64,000 nucleotides of DNA from NCBI RefSeq assembly GCF_035594765.1, contig NC_085842.1, forward strand, positions 77,352,782-77,416,781, given 5' to 3'. A program made the translations under genes and the position numbers. Of the stretch, positions 1 through 11,888 are shown one piece after another. Numbering within the stretch: the first letter of the stretch is position 1; each line of letters starts with the position of its first letter. The notes under the pieces are model-generated. The model was not told the origin of the DNA, did not search any database, and saw only the letters and a list, made by a program, of their open reading frames with translations. The stretch comes from Anolis carolinensis (taxonomy: Eukaryota).

Positions 1-1607
1 GCTTGCACCTCCTCCTCCGCACGCCTCCCGGTTGCTGGCTTGGGCTTTGAGGGTTTTGGCGGCTCCCCCTTCCGTGCCCAGCATTCTGCTGCTCGATGGC
101 CCGTCTTCCCACATACAAAGCATCCCGGTTTAGGTTTGTTGTCGTCTCCTCTGGAGGGAATCCCCGGCCTCCCTCCAGGTCTTTCCTGCTTCCTCGTTTC
201 TCCTCGACCTCTCGCCGCCGGTCTTTGCTGGCCGCCGCTGCTCCTGAAGCGCTTTACTTGGGCCAGGGTGGATTCAACGCGCCCCGCTAGTTGAATCCAT
301 CCCTGGAGCGTTTCGGGGTCATCTCTGTGCGCTGCCCAGCTGAAAATCTCGGGGCGTAGTCCCTCTTTAAATAACTCCACTTTGGTCACTTCAGACCACT
401 CTGGTACCCTTTCCGCGAGGTGTAGGAATTCCTCTGCGTACTCGGGCACTGTTTTGTCCCTCTGCTTTATTCCTTTCAGCTGGTCTCGAGCCCTCAATTG
501 CTCTAGCCGGTCTCTGAATCGGTTTTCCAGTGCGGCGAGGAAGCGGGGCACTGACCTCAGGCATGGGTCGTGTCTGGCATGGAGTTGCACGTACCAGCTG
601 GCTGCTCCTCGCTTTAGTGTGTTGCCGATGGCTCGAACCCTGCTTGCTTCGGAGGGGAATGTGTGTGCATTGTCTTCCATGTATCCTCTGATGCTAATTA
701 GAAAAAAGTTCAGTTCATCTGATTCCCCTCCGTATTCCAGTTTGAGATCTTCTCTTCTTGGCATCCATTCTGCGGCCCGTTGATGCTGTCTGGGAGGCAT
801 GGGGAAGGGTTGCATCAGGTTTCCTCGGGCGGCTCCTTGGAACACGCCGCGCCCCACTCCGGTGGTCATTCTGCGCGGCTCCCGAAAGTCTGCCGCCGCT
901 GTCGGCCCTTCCGCCCATCCGCATACTGGCCTCGCTGTAGCCCCCTCATCTCGCCTTTCCTCGTCGTACGGCACATCCTCCTCCTCTTCCTGGATCCCCC
1001 GCTCCTCTCCGCCTTCGCCTGCAAATCCACTGGACCCGATCCCTGGCCCCAGTGGCCTTTCCACCCCGACGCCCATTCGGGGGGTTGGGAGCTCTGTTGG
1101 GGATGGCGGCCTCAGAGTTCCCAGAGCTCGCTGGCGCTCCACTTCGCGCGCCATTCTGTCTCGGAACTCCAGCTCCTGCCAGTATTCCTCGTCTCCCTCG
1201 TCCCTTGCCGCCGCGGGACTCTGCGTTGAAGCTCGCTGTCCCCTCTGGCTCCAATCGCCTCCTTTGCTTGGCTCTCTCTCGGCGCCATATCGGATGTGCT
1301 CTTTTTGGAGATTCTCTTCCAATATTGGCACTATTCTCCCCACGCTATCCGACAGCCTGGATAAGTGAGTTTCCAGGATGGATAACCGCAGGGCCACGGT
1401 CTCCGGCATGCTTCCTCCAGATCCCCAACTGGTTTCTGCCGCCGCCGGAACGCCTCTTCCCCCTCTGGGAATCCTCTGGGTCACGCCGTCCGGCTTGGGG
1501 TACCCCGTAGAGGAAGCTATGGCTTGCAATGTCTCTTCTGCCAACGGCAGAGCTCCCAGCGGAGGCCCCTTTGCTCCGTCATGGCTTTGATCTCCTTCCC
1601 TGCTCAT
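1..1607 (-). CDS. gag: Gag polyprotein (PEG10/RTL1/sushi-like capsid + CCHC zinc knuckle), 3'-partial
   Basis: ATG at 1607-1605 (MSREGDQSHDG...) reads without a stop to the window edge. Capsid-like segment ...ELNFFLISIRGYMEDNAHTFPSEASRVRAIGNTLKRGAASWY...LKGIKQRDKTVPEYAEEFLHLAERVPEWSEVTKVELFKEGLRPEI; zinc knuckle CFVCGKTGHRAAEC (CX2CX4HX4C) at ~81-122. Absent from the ORF track because no stop lies inside the window. Confidence 0.9.
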   Translation of the reverse strand, partial: MSREGDQSHDGAKGPPLGALPLAEETLQAIASSTGYPKPDGVTQRIPRGGRGVPAAAETSWGSGGSMPETVALRLSILETHLSRLSDSVGRIVPILEENLQKEHIRYGAEREPSKGGDWSQRGQRASTQSPAAARDEGDEEYWQELEFRDRMAREVERQRALGTLRPPSPTELPTPRMGVGVERPLGPGIGSSGFAGEGGEERGIQEEEEDVPYDEERRDEGATARPVCGWAEGPTAAADFREPRRMTTGVGRGVFQGAARGNLMQPFPMPPRQHQRAAEWMPRREDLKLEYGGESDELNFFLISIRGYMEDNAHTFPSEASRVRAIGNTLKRGAASWYVQLHARHDPCLRSVPRFLAALENRFRDRLEQLRARDQLKGIKQRDKTVPEYAEEFLHLAERVPEWSEVTKVELFKEGLRPEIFSWAAHRDDPETLQGWIQLAGRVESTLAQVKRFRSSGGQQRPAARGRGETRKQERPGGRPGIPSRGDDNKPKPGCFVCGKTGHRAAECWARKGEPPKPSKPKPATGRRAEEEVQ

Positions 1608-1646
1608 TATCACTTCACTGCAAATTTGCAGGAGGGTGAGAACGGG

Positions 1647-1657
1647 ATTCCTGACTT
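1647..1657 (-). promoter_or_regulatory. Non-tRNA primer-binding site (self-priming type)
   Basis: AAGTCAGGAAT on -, 3 nt past the LTR end; exact reverse complement of the predicted transcript 5' end ATTCCTGACTT (1763-1753); no TGG tRNA-type PBS. Confidence 0.8.
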
Positions 1658-1660
1658 AAT

Positions 1661-2021
1661 TGTCCTGCTCACTTCAAAGGGTCAGTCTGAACGCAGATCA
1701 GAGATGGCTGCTCTCAAATCCAATCTTTATTGAAGAACACATGACTTTGGAAAAGTCAGGAATGACCCAATGTTTACATACAACTATTTTTATAACTTTT
1801 GATGCTACGTAACACCACACGTAAATATCATCAAGTCCCACCCCCAATATCACATTACTACCATTTTCACACACTAGACCAATTATAATTGTTTATACTT
1901 TCGGCCCCAAGTTCCCAGGCATATTCTATCTTCTTCTGCCAGGTGCTCCTGGGATTGTTTATGTTATGACTCCCAGTTACAGGGCTGAATTACCAAAGCC
2001 CTGTAACTGGGTTCCATGACA
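1661..2021 (-). repeat. 5' LTR (361 bp) of the Gypsy element
   Basis: On -: starts TGTCATGG (2021), ends GCAGGACA (1661); TATAAAAA at 1794-1787; Inr-like TCATTCC with +1 at 1763; AATAAA at 1731-1726. Confidence 0.88.
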
Positions 2022-2325
2022 CTCCCTGGGGAGGGTGGTTCAAAACTGGAGAGCTGGGACCGAGAAGGCCCTCTCCCTTGTCCCCACCAATTACGCTTGA
2101 GAAAGTAGCGGGACAGAGACGAGGCCCCCCATCCAATTTCAGAGCCCTTGCCGATTCATGGGGGGAGGAGTGCGGTCACGTATATAGGCAGGACCTGAAC
2201 CATTGAGGGCTTTGTAGGTAATAACCTGCACTTTGAATTGAGACCAGAAACTTATGGGGAGCCAGTGGGGCTACTTAAGTAGGGGCATCGTGTGCATCCT
2301 ATAGCTACCTCCAGTTAGAAGCCTG
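2022..2325 (-). mobile_element. Degraded L2 LINE ORF2 3' fragment (insertion site of the Gypsy element)
   Basis: Recognisable antisense L2 motifs (gagaaggccctctcc..., agggctttgtaggtaataacctgcactttgaattg). Confidence 0.55.
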
Positions 2326-2367
2326 TAAACTGAGTAATTGATCATATCCAGGGCCAGTATGTTTGGA

Positions 2368-2492
2368 GGGGTTTTGCCTTCCCCTTAAGTTGAGAGAATG
2401 TGAATTGCTCATTGAGTTTCCATAGCTAAATAGGAATTTGAACCCTGGTCTCCATAATCATACTCCAGCTCTCAAACTATTACACTATTTGG
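2368..2492 (-). mobile_element. tRNA-derived SINE fragment (Anolis SINE2/MIR-like)
   Basis: ggaatttgaaccctggtctcc (reverse B-box) and similarity to copies at 3075, 12780, 28720 and 61557. Confidence 0.55.
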
Positions 2493-2656
2493 CTCTCAAA
2501 TGTATGCTTAGAATGATCTTTGCTCTTAGTGTTAAATGTGTATGGAAAATGTTTGTCAAAGATATGCATGGCAAAGCTATTTCACGTGATTGCTGATGCA
2601 TGTCTTTCATGTTTTAGCTACATTTCCCTTATTTCTTCCTTAATTTCCTTTTGTAG

Positions 2657-2731
2657 GTTTTTGATGCAACAAACACTACAAGGGAACGTAGGGAAACCAT
2701 CTATAAATTTGGTGAGGAAAATGGATATAAG
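2657..2731 (+). CDS. PFKFB4: PFKFB4 coding exon (VFDATNTTRERRETIYKFGEENGYK)
   Basis: ttttgtag|...|gtgagt, 75 nt; kinase-domain DATNTTRERR motif. Confidence 0.96.
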
Positions 2732-3074
2732 GTGAGTTAACAAATGTTTTTGCTCTGTACATTCTTGTACAGCTTCTTCTCCATTGAATTGTACTAATAC
2801 GTACTCATGCTGTTAATGAGTAGCTCCATATACTGGTAGTAACTATTAGTGGTAACTCATGCTTTCATCAGATCTATTAGAAGAGTTTTTGGTGGCAATA
2901 TGTATACCCTTTTTAGAATTTCTAATAGCAGCTTTTAACTAATCGTCTTTTCATGTAGCATGTCATAGATGCCTTATTAAATTTAATCACTTTGTTCACA
3001 TAGCTTCTCTGTAAATGAAAGCTGGAGGGGGAGGGAAATGTTGAAAGGAGGGGAACATTTTCTTGTCTCTTAAT

Positions 3075-3290
3075 GTTATGTGTTTTTGAGCTGACTCCAA
3101 CTTAATGATTATCGTATCCTAGGGTTTTCTTGGAGATAGTTATTCAGAAGACGCTTATCCTGGCCTTCCCCTAAGGCCGAGAGAGTGTGACTCGCCCAGG
3201 GTCATCCAGTGGGTTTTCATGGCTGAGTGGGGATTTGCATCCCAAATCCCACAGTACTAATCCAGCACTCAAACCAATATATTACACTGC
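3075..3290 (-). mobile_element. tRNA-derived SINE (Anolis SINE2/MIR-like)
   Basis: Typical body aggccgagagagtgtgactcgcccagggtcatccagtgggttttcatggctgagtgggga and a tRNA-like head at the right end. Confidence 0.65.
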
Positions 3291-3927
3291 CCCCTAGTTT
3301 CATCATACATCCTTAAAAAGATAGCTTAACAAAACCCACTTCTGGTGTACTATTTTGTTATTGTTTCATCAAAACAGATTTTGTTGCAAAGAAGTGGGGT
3401 GTCAATGTACCCTTTTCAACATTTCGCTGTCATTGGGGATATCAGTTATGCATTTTGATCAGGAACAGAACTTGGAAAAGTTATTCTTTCAGATCCAAGA
3501 ACCCCCAGGCAACATGATTGCTGGCCAGAAATGACCAGGGTGAGCTGGAAATTGTAATCCAAATAAATACTGCTTCCTAAGCTCTGATCAGGAATCTGGT
3601 CATGGTGGAAGGAGCCTTCCTTATGGCTTTAAGGCTCCAAGTTGTTTTGCCCTCTGGCTCCCCAAAATGACCTGCTCCTTTCATTTGTAATTGTGTCATT
3701 AAAAAACTGCTGCCTAGAAGTGTCCCAGAGTAACTGGGAAATACAATATGTTTTCTGTCTAAAGAGTGATGGTGTGATGGTATTTAATATCTTATAGGGG
3801 GCTATTTCAAAGCAAAACAAACCTGGTAAAAATAAGTATGCAAATGAATCATGACTCATTTTGTTTTATTAATCAGTTTTCATTTTTTCTCGTCTTTCAT
3901 AAATGTCAATTCCCATTTGGATGCAAG

Positions 3928-3984
3928 ACTTTTTTTGTGGAATCAGTATGTGTTGATCCAGAGGTCATTGCTGCAAATATTGTG
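3928..3984 (+). CDS. PFKFB4: PFKFB4 coding exon (TFFVESVCVDPEVIAANIV)
   Basis: aag|...|gtgagt, 57 nt, in frame with neighbouring exons. Confidence 0.95.
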
Positions 3985-4454
3985 GTGAGTAGTAAATACA
4001 TTTTTTAATTCATAAGAAGGGAAACGTTTCTGTTTTCTGTATGCACACCAAAGCCACACATGCAATATCGTTGTTTCCCTTGTCTGCCCCCCCTCCCTTG
4101 CAATCTTACCTACCTTCATATTCTATTTTGGCATTGTGGATTTTATATCACTTGCTTTTTAATCCCGTTACCTGCAGATATTCACATAAGGAAGTCCATT
4201 CCCCTATTGCATCCTGGAGTTTTGTTCTTGATGGCTCCTTTTGCAATTCATATACTGGACAATTATGTGTTGTTGTTGTTTTACTTGGGATATTAAAAGC
4301 CCTCAAAATGTTAAACCAGTATAAGTAGCAGAGAACTTCTTTTGTGTCATTATACTGCTATGCTGTTTATTCATACTTGGGCTTCTGTTCCCCTCCACTG
4401 TGGAGGAGGAGAGAAAAACCTGATTCATCGAGATCTTCCTGTTATAAAATCTTA

Positions 4455-4612
4455 ATGTAATTTGATGTTTAATAGGCTTTTCTTTAATCCCTCCTTATTA
4501 TCCAACATTTTCGCTTATCCAACACTTTTATTTTTTAGTGATTGCTTTCGGGGGGGGGGGGGGGGACCAAAATTCTGTTTGCCTACACTTGAAAAATACC
4601 TAGGGCCGGCTC
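4455..4612. mobile_element. Composite DNA-transposon remnant (Tc1/mariner MITE piece + hAT-like end with G-run)
   Basis: tttgatgtttaataggctttt...cttatccaac matches the interior of the MITE at 17088; ends ctagggccggctctg. Confidence 0.5.
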
Positions 4613-5119
4613 TGATAATTGGTCATACAAGTGGGTTTTTTTTGCCACCCAAACTGAAGATTAGGAAGAAATTCAGTAATGATTGTACTTCACTTTTTAA
4701 AAAGTACTAACTATTCAATGAACTCTAATTTTTTTAAATATACGGCTTAAAGGCAACCAACTGTAGGCTGTATTTGAGAAAGAGAAAATGGCAAAGCATC
4801 ATATGATATTCTGTGCCTAAGAAAGCCCCATGAAATGTATAATAAGTTGACAGACGCTCATACTTAACTTTATATAACTTTTTAAAACTAAAATCATTGT
4901 TTCATAATGTTGCAAAGTCCTTTTATAAAAACAACAACAACAACAAACATATTAGAAGGGGACTAGGGCATTTGCATGTATAATACATGCAAATCAGTGA
5001 TCACAGATATAAGAAATGCTATTTACCAAGTCAGAACATTTACTGAGTGTAGGTTTTCAAACTGGAACCACACATACCTTTTTCTGAAGATGTTAGAGAT
5101 GATGGATATAAACTATCTA

Positions 5120-5655
5120 TAACCATAAGGCACCACAAGGGCCATTCTGTCCAATCCCCTGCTATGCAGGCAAAGCACAATCAAATCACCCCAACAGATG
5201 GCCACCCAGGTGTCAGGACCCTGATTTCAGGGCCTGTACTCTGGCGCCAGAAATCGAGGTCGCTGACATCACAGACTGATAAGGCACCTGTGGTTCTCGG
5301 CCCTGAAGAGAAACGGATGGTGTGCTTGGCGGGAAGGATTGCGCGGGGTTTTCTCTAGGCGGGAATTTTATTTTGAATGTGGTGGGAGTGTATATAAGGG
5401 AGTCCTGGTGAGCCGACTAGCAATCTCGGCTTTATGAGTGTCAAGGTATCCTACAATAAAGTTCTCAGTGATAACAGAGTGAGTCTCTTGTGTTCATTTG
5501 GGAGCGGCTGGAGTGAGCTGACACCCAGGCTCTGTTTAAAAGTCTCCAAAGGAGGAGCCTCCACCACTTTCCAAGGCAGAGAGTTCCACTGCTGAACAGC
5601 TCTTATGGTCAGGAAGTTCTTCCTAATGTTCAGGTGGAATCTCCTTTCCTGTTAT
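5120..5655 (-). mobile_element. CR1 LINE 3' fragment interrupted by a solo LTR
   Basis: CR1 3'-end text (acagatggcca...ctctgtttaaa...ggcagagagttccactgctgaacagctctt...aggaagttcttcctaatgttcaggtggaat) shared with 60160-60636. Confidence 0.8.
5211..5523 (+). mobile_element. Solo LTR (313 bp)
   Basis: TGTCAG...CTGACA inverted termini; 6-bp TSD CCCAGG (5205-5210, 5524-5529); TATATAAG ~5391; AATAAA 5455-5460. Confidence 0.88.
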
Positions 5656-6107
5656 TGGTCTGCTCTGCCAATTAATTGTAGTTGTTTCTCTCCATTTTCC
5701 TGGGAAAAACAAACTAGTGTTCAGTTTCAGACAACATTCTTCGAGATTCTTTTGGGGTCACCCAGGGATATAAATGAATGGAAGTAAAACGTGACAAGAA
5801 TATTGGCCTGACCCAGGACATGCCGTCAAAGGCCAAGAGCATTCTGGCAAGTGAAACAAAAGGAAGGATTTTCTGGGGATAACAGTTAAAGAGCCACATT
5901 ATCCTCCCAGCTTATATTGAAGTTTCAAATTGTTTAAACATTTTGAAGTTAGAGTCTCTGTACATTTATATCAAGAAGTTCTGGTTCTGTTGATAGCATG
6001 AATCTTTCTTAAATTTGACATTAAATGATTAGACTTTTTGCTCATGTGTTGCATACCTTAAGGCTTCTGAGGAATATTTCTGTTTTTTTCTTTTCTGCCT
6101 CAATTAG

Positions 6108-6229
6108 CAAGTGAAACTGGGAAGTCCTGATTATGTTGACTGTGGGAGTGATGAAGCTACAGAAGACTTCATGAAAAGGATTGAATGTTACAAGAATTCA
6201 TATGAGACACTAGATGAAAATATGGATAA
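6108..6229 (+). CDS. PFKFB4: PFKFB4 coding exon ([40 protein letters not shown])
   Basis: ttag|...AA|gtacgt, 122 nt. Confidence 0.96.
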
Positions 6230-7120
6230 GTACGTGATCAGTAAAATATTAATATTATGCATGTCATTTAGCTTCAGAATCTTAAATAGTCTCTGGAACT
6301 ACTTGTCACAGGGATGCTGAGCTTGTGCCTACTTAGGAATTTATGTTTATGGGGGGGTTTCTTGACTGAATTCTCTTCCATATGCAATGATTCTGTGACT
6401 GTGGAAAAATAGACCCCCCCCCCCCCCCCAAATCCCCATTGGAGAATTACATACAGAAGCCGTCATGTGTTCTTGGACTGGCACAGTCTTCCACTTCAGT
6501 AGCAACCTAACTCTTGTTTTTCTGCTTTGTAAAAATTTAGCCTGAAAAGAAGTAGGTAAGAAAACAATAATATTCCAGTTCCCTTTTACTTTGCAACATC
6601 TTTGTCATTAAGTTGTCTGTAGGCACTTCTTCTGGTATGGAAAAGTAACTGAAAAGAAGTATCAAAACTGAAACTAATGTTGCAGTAAACGGGGACGTAA
6701 AGAATGATTCAGCAAAATGGAGAAAAACAGTTCTGAGTGTCTGTTTTCAGAGATGAGTTTGTCACAATGAACATGCAATATATCTATCTCCCATTAACTG
6801 TGGTTTGGGCACATAGTTCTGTACGTCCTAAGAAGTTTGCAGATGAACAGAAATAACTAAAGAAGTTCATCTCACTGAGAACTGAGTAGTTTGATAGGCA
6901 GAACTGCAGATACTCTTCTGGGAAGGAAATAGGAACATGAAATTGGGTGGAATGGTATGGGATGAAGCCAGCACTTTCACCCAGCTAGAAACCTACCAAG
7001 GATCTCCCAAAATTGCAACGCTTGTCCTTATAAAATAAAGAAATAGTGTTTTCCAATAATATCGTTACTTGTTTTTCTAAAGCAAAATATTATCCTAAAC
7101 ACACTCTGTTGTGTGTTTAG

Positions 7121-7672
<552 letters not shown>

Positions 7673-7861
7673 TTGCTTTTGCATACCTCCCAAGATTGAA
7701 GATCAAGGCAGGGGCATGTGACCAGACAAACCTTAAATAATGGAGTCTTGTTATGCTCATTGCGGTGGGTGGGAAGCCACTTGTATTGGTCAGGGGACCC
7801 CCAAGAATTGTTCAAATGTGATACATTAGGGATGCAGCATTGATAATTTAACCTAGTTTGA

Positions 7862-8188
<327 letters not shown>

Positions 8189-8815
8189 TGAAAGAGAAAT
8201 TACTTTCATGGCGCAATAATAGAACTCCTGAGGGCTTTGTATCTTTTAGAGATTAAGCCTTGAAGGGCTGAAAAAACATTTAAGTTGTACAGCACCTTGC
8301 TAAGAAGATGTGTAAATAAATAGCATTATATAAAAGCATTATTACAAAATAAGGAATGTTGGCTTTGAGGAGTTCTTCATTACTTTATTTTAATAGCGTT
8401 TTATCAGTTAGATCTGACATGTCTCATTTCAGATGTGCAGCTTATTTCAGAAATGTTTTTTCAAAGCAGAAGTATTTGGTAGCTCACCTTCTCAAAAGTT
8501 TAAAATAGAAATAATAAATAAAGACAAAACTATGGTTTTTTATTTTTATGAGAAGAATATTGTGTGTAGCAATTTGGGCTGATATGACAATGCTCGTAAT
8601 AGAAGCAGACTTTTTTTGGGAAACAATATTTTATCAACTGCATGTGAGTGAATCACATGGCAGTCCAAGCAGATGAGCCCGAGTTTCATTATGATATCAT
8701 TCAAGAATTTTGATGAGTCAATGTGTCCACAATGAGAAAAACTCTGGCAGGTAGTGTTCGGATCTAGTAAACTTATAGTAATAGAGTGTTATGTTGATAA
8801 TGATGAGCATTTGCA

Positions 8816-8982
8816 TAGGGCTGTGCGAAACGGCACAGAATCTGTTCTGTTTTCAGGTGCCCTTCCCCAGTTCTGTTTTCAGGAAGATCTGAATGGCATC
8901 CCTCCTAGTCTCCTGGAATCTTCCCGAAAATAGAATGGGGAGCACCTGAAATTCAAAAAGAAAACAGAATGGCGCACACCTA
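8816..8982. mobile_element. Small hAT-like MITE
   Basis: TAGGGCTGTGCG...CGCACACCTA termini with internal inverted segments. Confidence 0.45.
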
Positions 8983-9537
8983 GATTTTTCATGTTCAATT
9001 ATCCTTATCAAGAAATCTATACCGTAGATTTATATTAGTCTTCTTTAGGTAATAATCACAGGCCTGTCTCTTGGTCTCACCACCCAGAGGCACATTTTGT
9101 GAGAATGCAGGCAATGTCTTTCTCAGCAGTTACTCCCAGGATGTAGTATTCCCTTCTTAGGGAGTTTAGGATGTCTCCATCCTAACTCTCCTTCCACTTG
9201 CACACAAGCCTTTGAGGTTTCTGGAACTTCTGGAGAAGGATCTTCTGAATCTATTAAAAAGCTTTGCTTTTTATTAGTGTCTTTATTAACACCTGTCAAT
9301 ATTTTGATTATGTTCTTGAATTCCATTTGGGAGTATCAAAATGTAAATAATTATAGGCAGAAGGAAGGTTTCTCTCCATAGAGGAAATGTGAGCCTCAGC
9401 TTGAAAGAGAAAGAATGGAACATTGTCCCAGTGAGTTCATGACAGAGAAGCGATCTCAGCTGGGAATAGCAATGTCTTTCCTGGTCTTCTGACTGTTAAG
9501 GTACACTGATGTTCTCATGTTTCCTCTGCTTCTCTAG

Positions 9538-9681
<144 letters not shown>

Positions 9682-10753
9682 TAAGTGTTTACAAACACTT
9701 GTTAGGTGAGGCTATCTGGACATAAAGGTAAAAAATGTCCCTGTGAGTTAAAGGGCATAAAATGCTATTCCTCACTAGTTATGCATACTATTAAAGTGTT
9801 TCTGCACATGTTACCTTGCCAAATTATTGAAAATGATTCTCACATTCTCATTTGTGGAGTGATATTTCATAGTAGTGGTAATCCCATTTCCTTATCTATT
9901 CCAAGCTGTTTGGTTTGGATTCTGAATGGGACTAAAAAGCTGATTTTTGCAGATTTTGAAGGAGAGAGAAAAGCTTTCTCCACACATTTGAACATGTGTG
10001 AGAGAAACATGTTGTGAATGCATGTACTGATCCCCTGGCCGTATTACCACTGCTTCCAGTTTGGACCTTCATTCATTAAGTGGCATGTCTGAAGAGTAAA
10101 TCTGTTCACATTGGTGCTCTTCTCCCCTTCATGTTTTTCAGCTGATTTCTGGAGGTGGTTAGAAAAAAAGCCATGAGGTTGAGGGTGTGCTACCTCCTTG
10201 GCCTTTTACATAGTGACATTAGAAGTGAAGCATTAATGAAAAGCATTGATTTCAAACAGCTGTTGCTATAGTTGTGAAATGTGCAACCCGTGGTAGTGTT
10301 GGCTAATTCATTACTGCTACCATGAGTTGGATGTGTGATCATAATGCCTAGAACAATACTGAGATACAGATGGCTTTTGTTTGTTGTACAAGTCAAAAGT
10401 CATGTCGTAACAGCTGTTTAGTAAGATGGAAAGTTTTCTGGAGTTGTTTGCTAACCTTTCAGGGAGAGAATGGGTGTGTGTTTGCTTCTCTCTACATAGG
10501 TGCACTTCCTCTCTTAATGGCTCACACTGGAATTGCGCCACTCATGCACTGTTCACATGTTCCTGTTAGCAGGAGGGATTAGTTCTGCTTCCCCAAATGT
10601 GACGGAGTTCAGAGCTTCCGATTAGATAAAATTGCTTCTTGAGAGATTAATTTGTACAGAAGCATTACATGTTCCCTAAAACATAAAAAACATGGCCAAC
10701 TTCTTAATTCTTAAATGAGCCCACAAAGAGTAGGCATGCAATTTGTCAGGTTA

Positions 10754-11063
10754 CACTGGTCAACTCACATTTTAGTGCCTTAAATGTTAAACCCATTTCT
10801 GGGTATCTCTGACCTGCTTATTCCAAAAATGGCACCAGTTTCCCCCTATCAGCTCTAGTTTTTGAGATACAGAACATATGCAACGGGAGGAGAAGGAGGT
10901 GATTTATCAACACAGGATTGGTTGATAAAGACTTAAAATAGTGTATAACTACTAAAATAATGTATAAATATTAAAATAAATATAGTGTCCCTACTTCACG
11001 GATTTTCACTTATTGCGGGTGGTCCTTGAACCCAACCCCAGCAATAAGTGAGCGAACACTGTA
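10754..11063. mobile_element. Composite DNA-transposon remnants (CAC-terminal element + Tigger/pogo-like end)
   Basis: Left: tta|cactggtcaac; right: ...cagcaataagtgagcgaacactg|ta. Confidence 0.4.
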
Positions 11064-11199
11064 CTACCCAAAGTGTGTGTGTATCCCATTCTTCCTCCTA
11101 TGTCCATAATACATTTAGGACCATGCTGATGTACTGCCTCTGGTGCTAGTGAAACTGCATATATGTCTTGCTCTGGCTGATTCAATAGAGTTCAAATGA

Positions 11200-11433
<234 letters not shown>

Positions 11434-11888
11434 TAGACATTTCCATGTGAATTCTTCCACTTGCTATCTTGTCTCACGAGAGCAGTATATTCTCAGAGTA
11501 TAGGGTCCCTTTAAATGTGTACTTTTCACAGCCCATTCAAAATTAGTATCGCATGGTCCAGGGAAAGCTGTTATGTAACTCAGGCAGACTTTGAAAGAGT
11601 AACTTTTTTTGAGTGATTGATTCTTGGAGGTGTACTAACAAAAAGAACTTTCCAAGTTCTAAAATTCATGGAGGACAGTTGTGATCATCCATATGTTGTG
11701 GGTCTACAGTTCCCATCAACTCAAGCCGCAGAGTTACCAGTGAGTTACCATAAATGTTGGGAAGGTTAAAGTTAACCGGATTTAACTGGAATGAGATCTG
11801 CTTTTGCAGATGATATCCGATAAAAATTCTTTCTAAGAATTTATCTTCCTATATATTTGTGCCTGGTGAACAAGCTTTTATTTTGTGT

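Larger units (their letters stand above)
1..2021 (-). mobile_element. Ty3/Gypsy LTR retrotransposon (Tf1/sushi-like), 5' LTR + gag, continues off the left edge; intronic and antisense to PFKFB4
   Basis: LTR 1661-2021 with TGTC...GACA termini, followed on - by a primer-binding position and a long Gag ORF; GC-rich coding block. Confidence 0.92.

Noticed and set aside
40-1733. Multiple + strand ORFs (e.g. 799-1368, 780-1229, 382-783)
   Set aside because: Antisense shadows of the GC-rich gag ORF on -; Ser/Pro-rich with no domain.
5355-5380. CDE/CHR cell-cycle promoter element in the solo LTR
   Set aside because: GGCGG and TTTGAA are present, but the spacing is longer than the canonical 4 nt.
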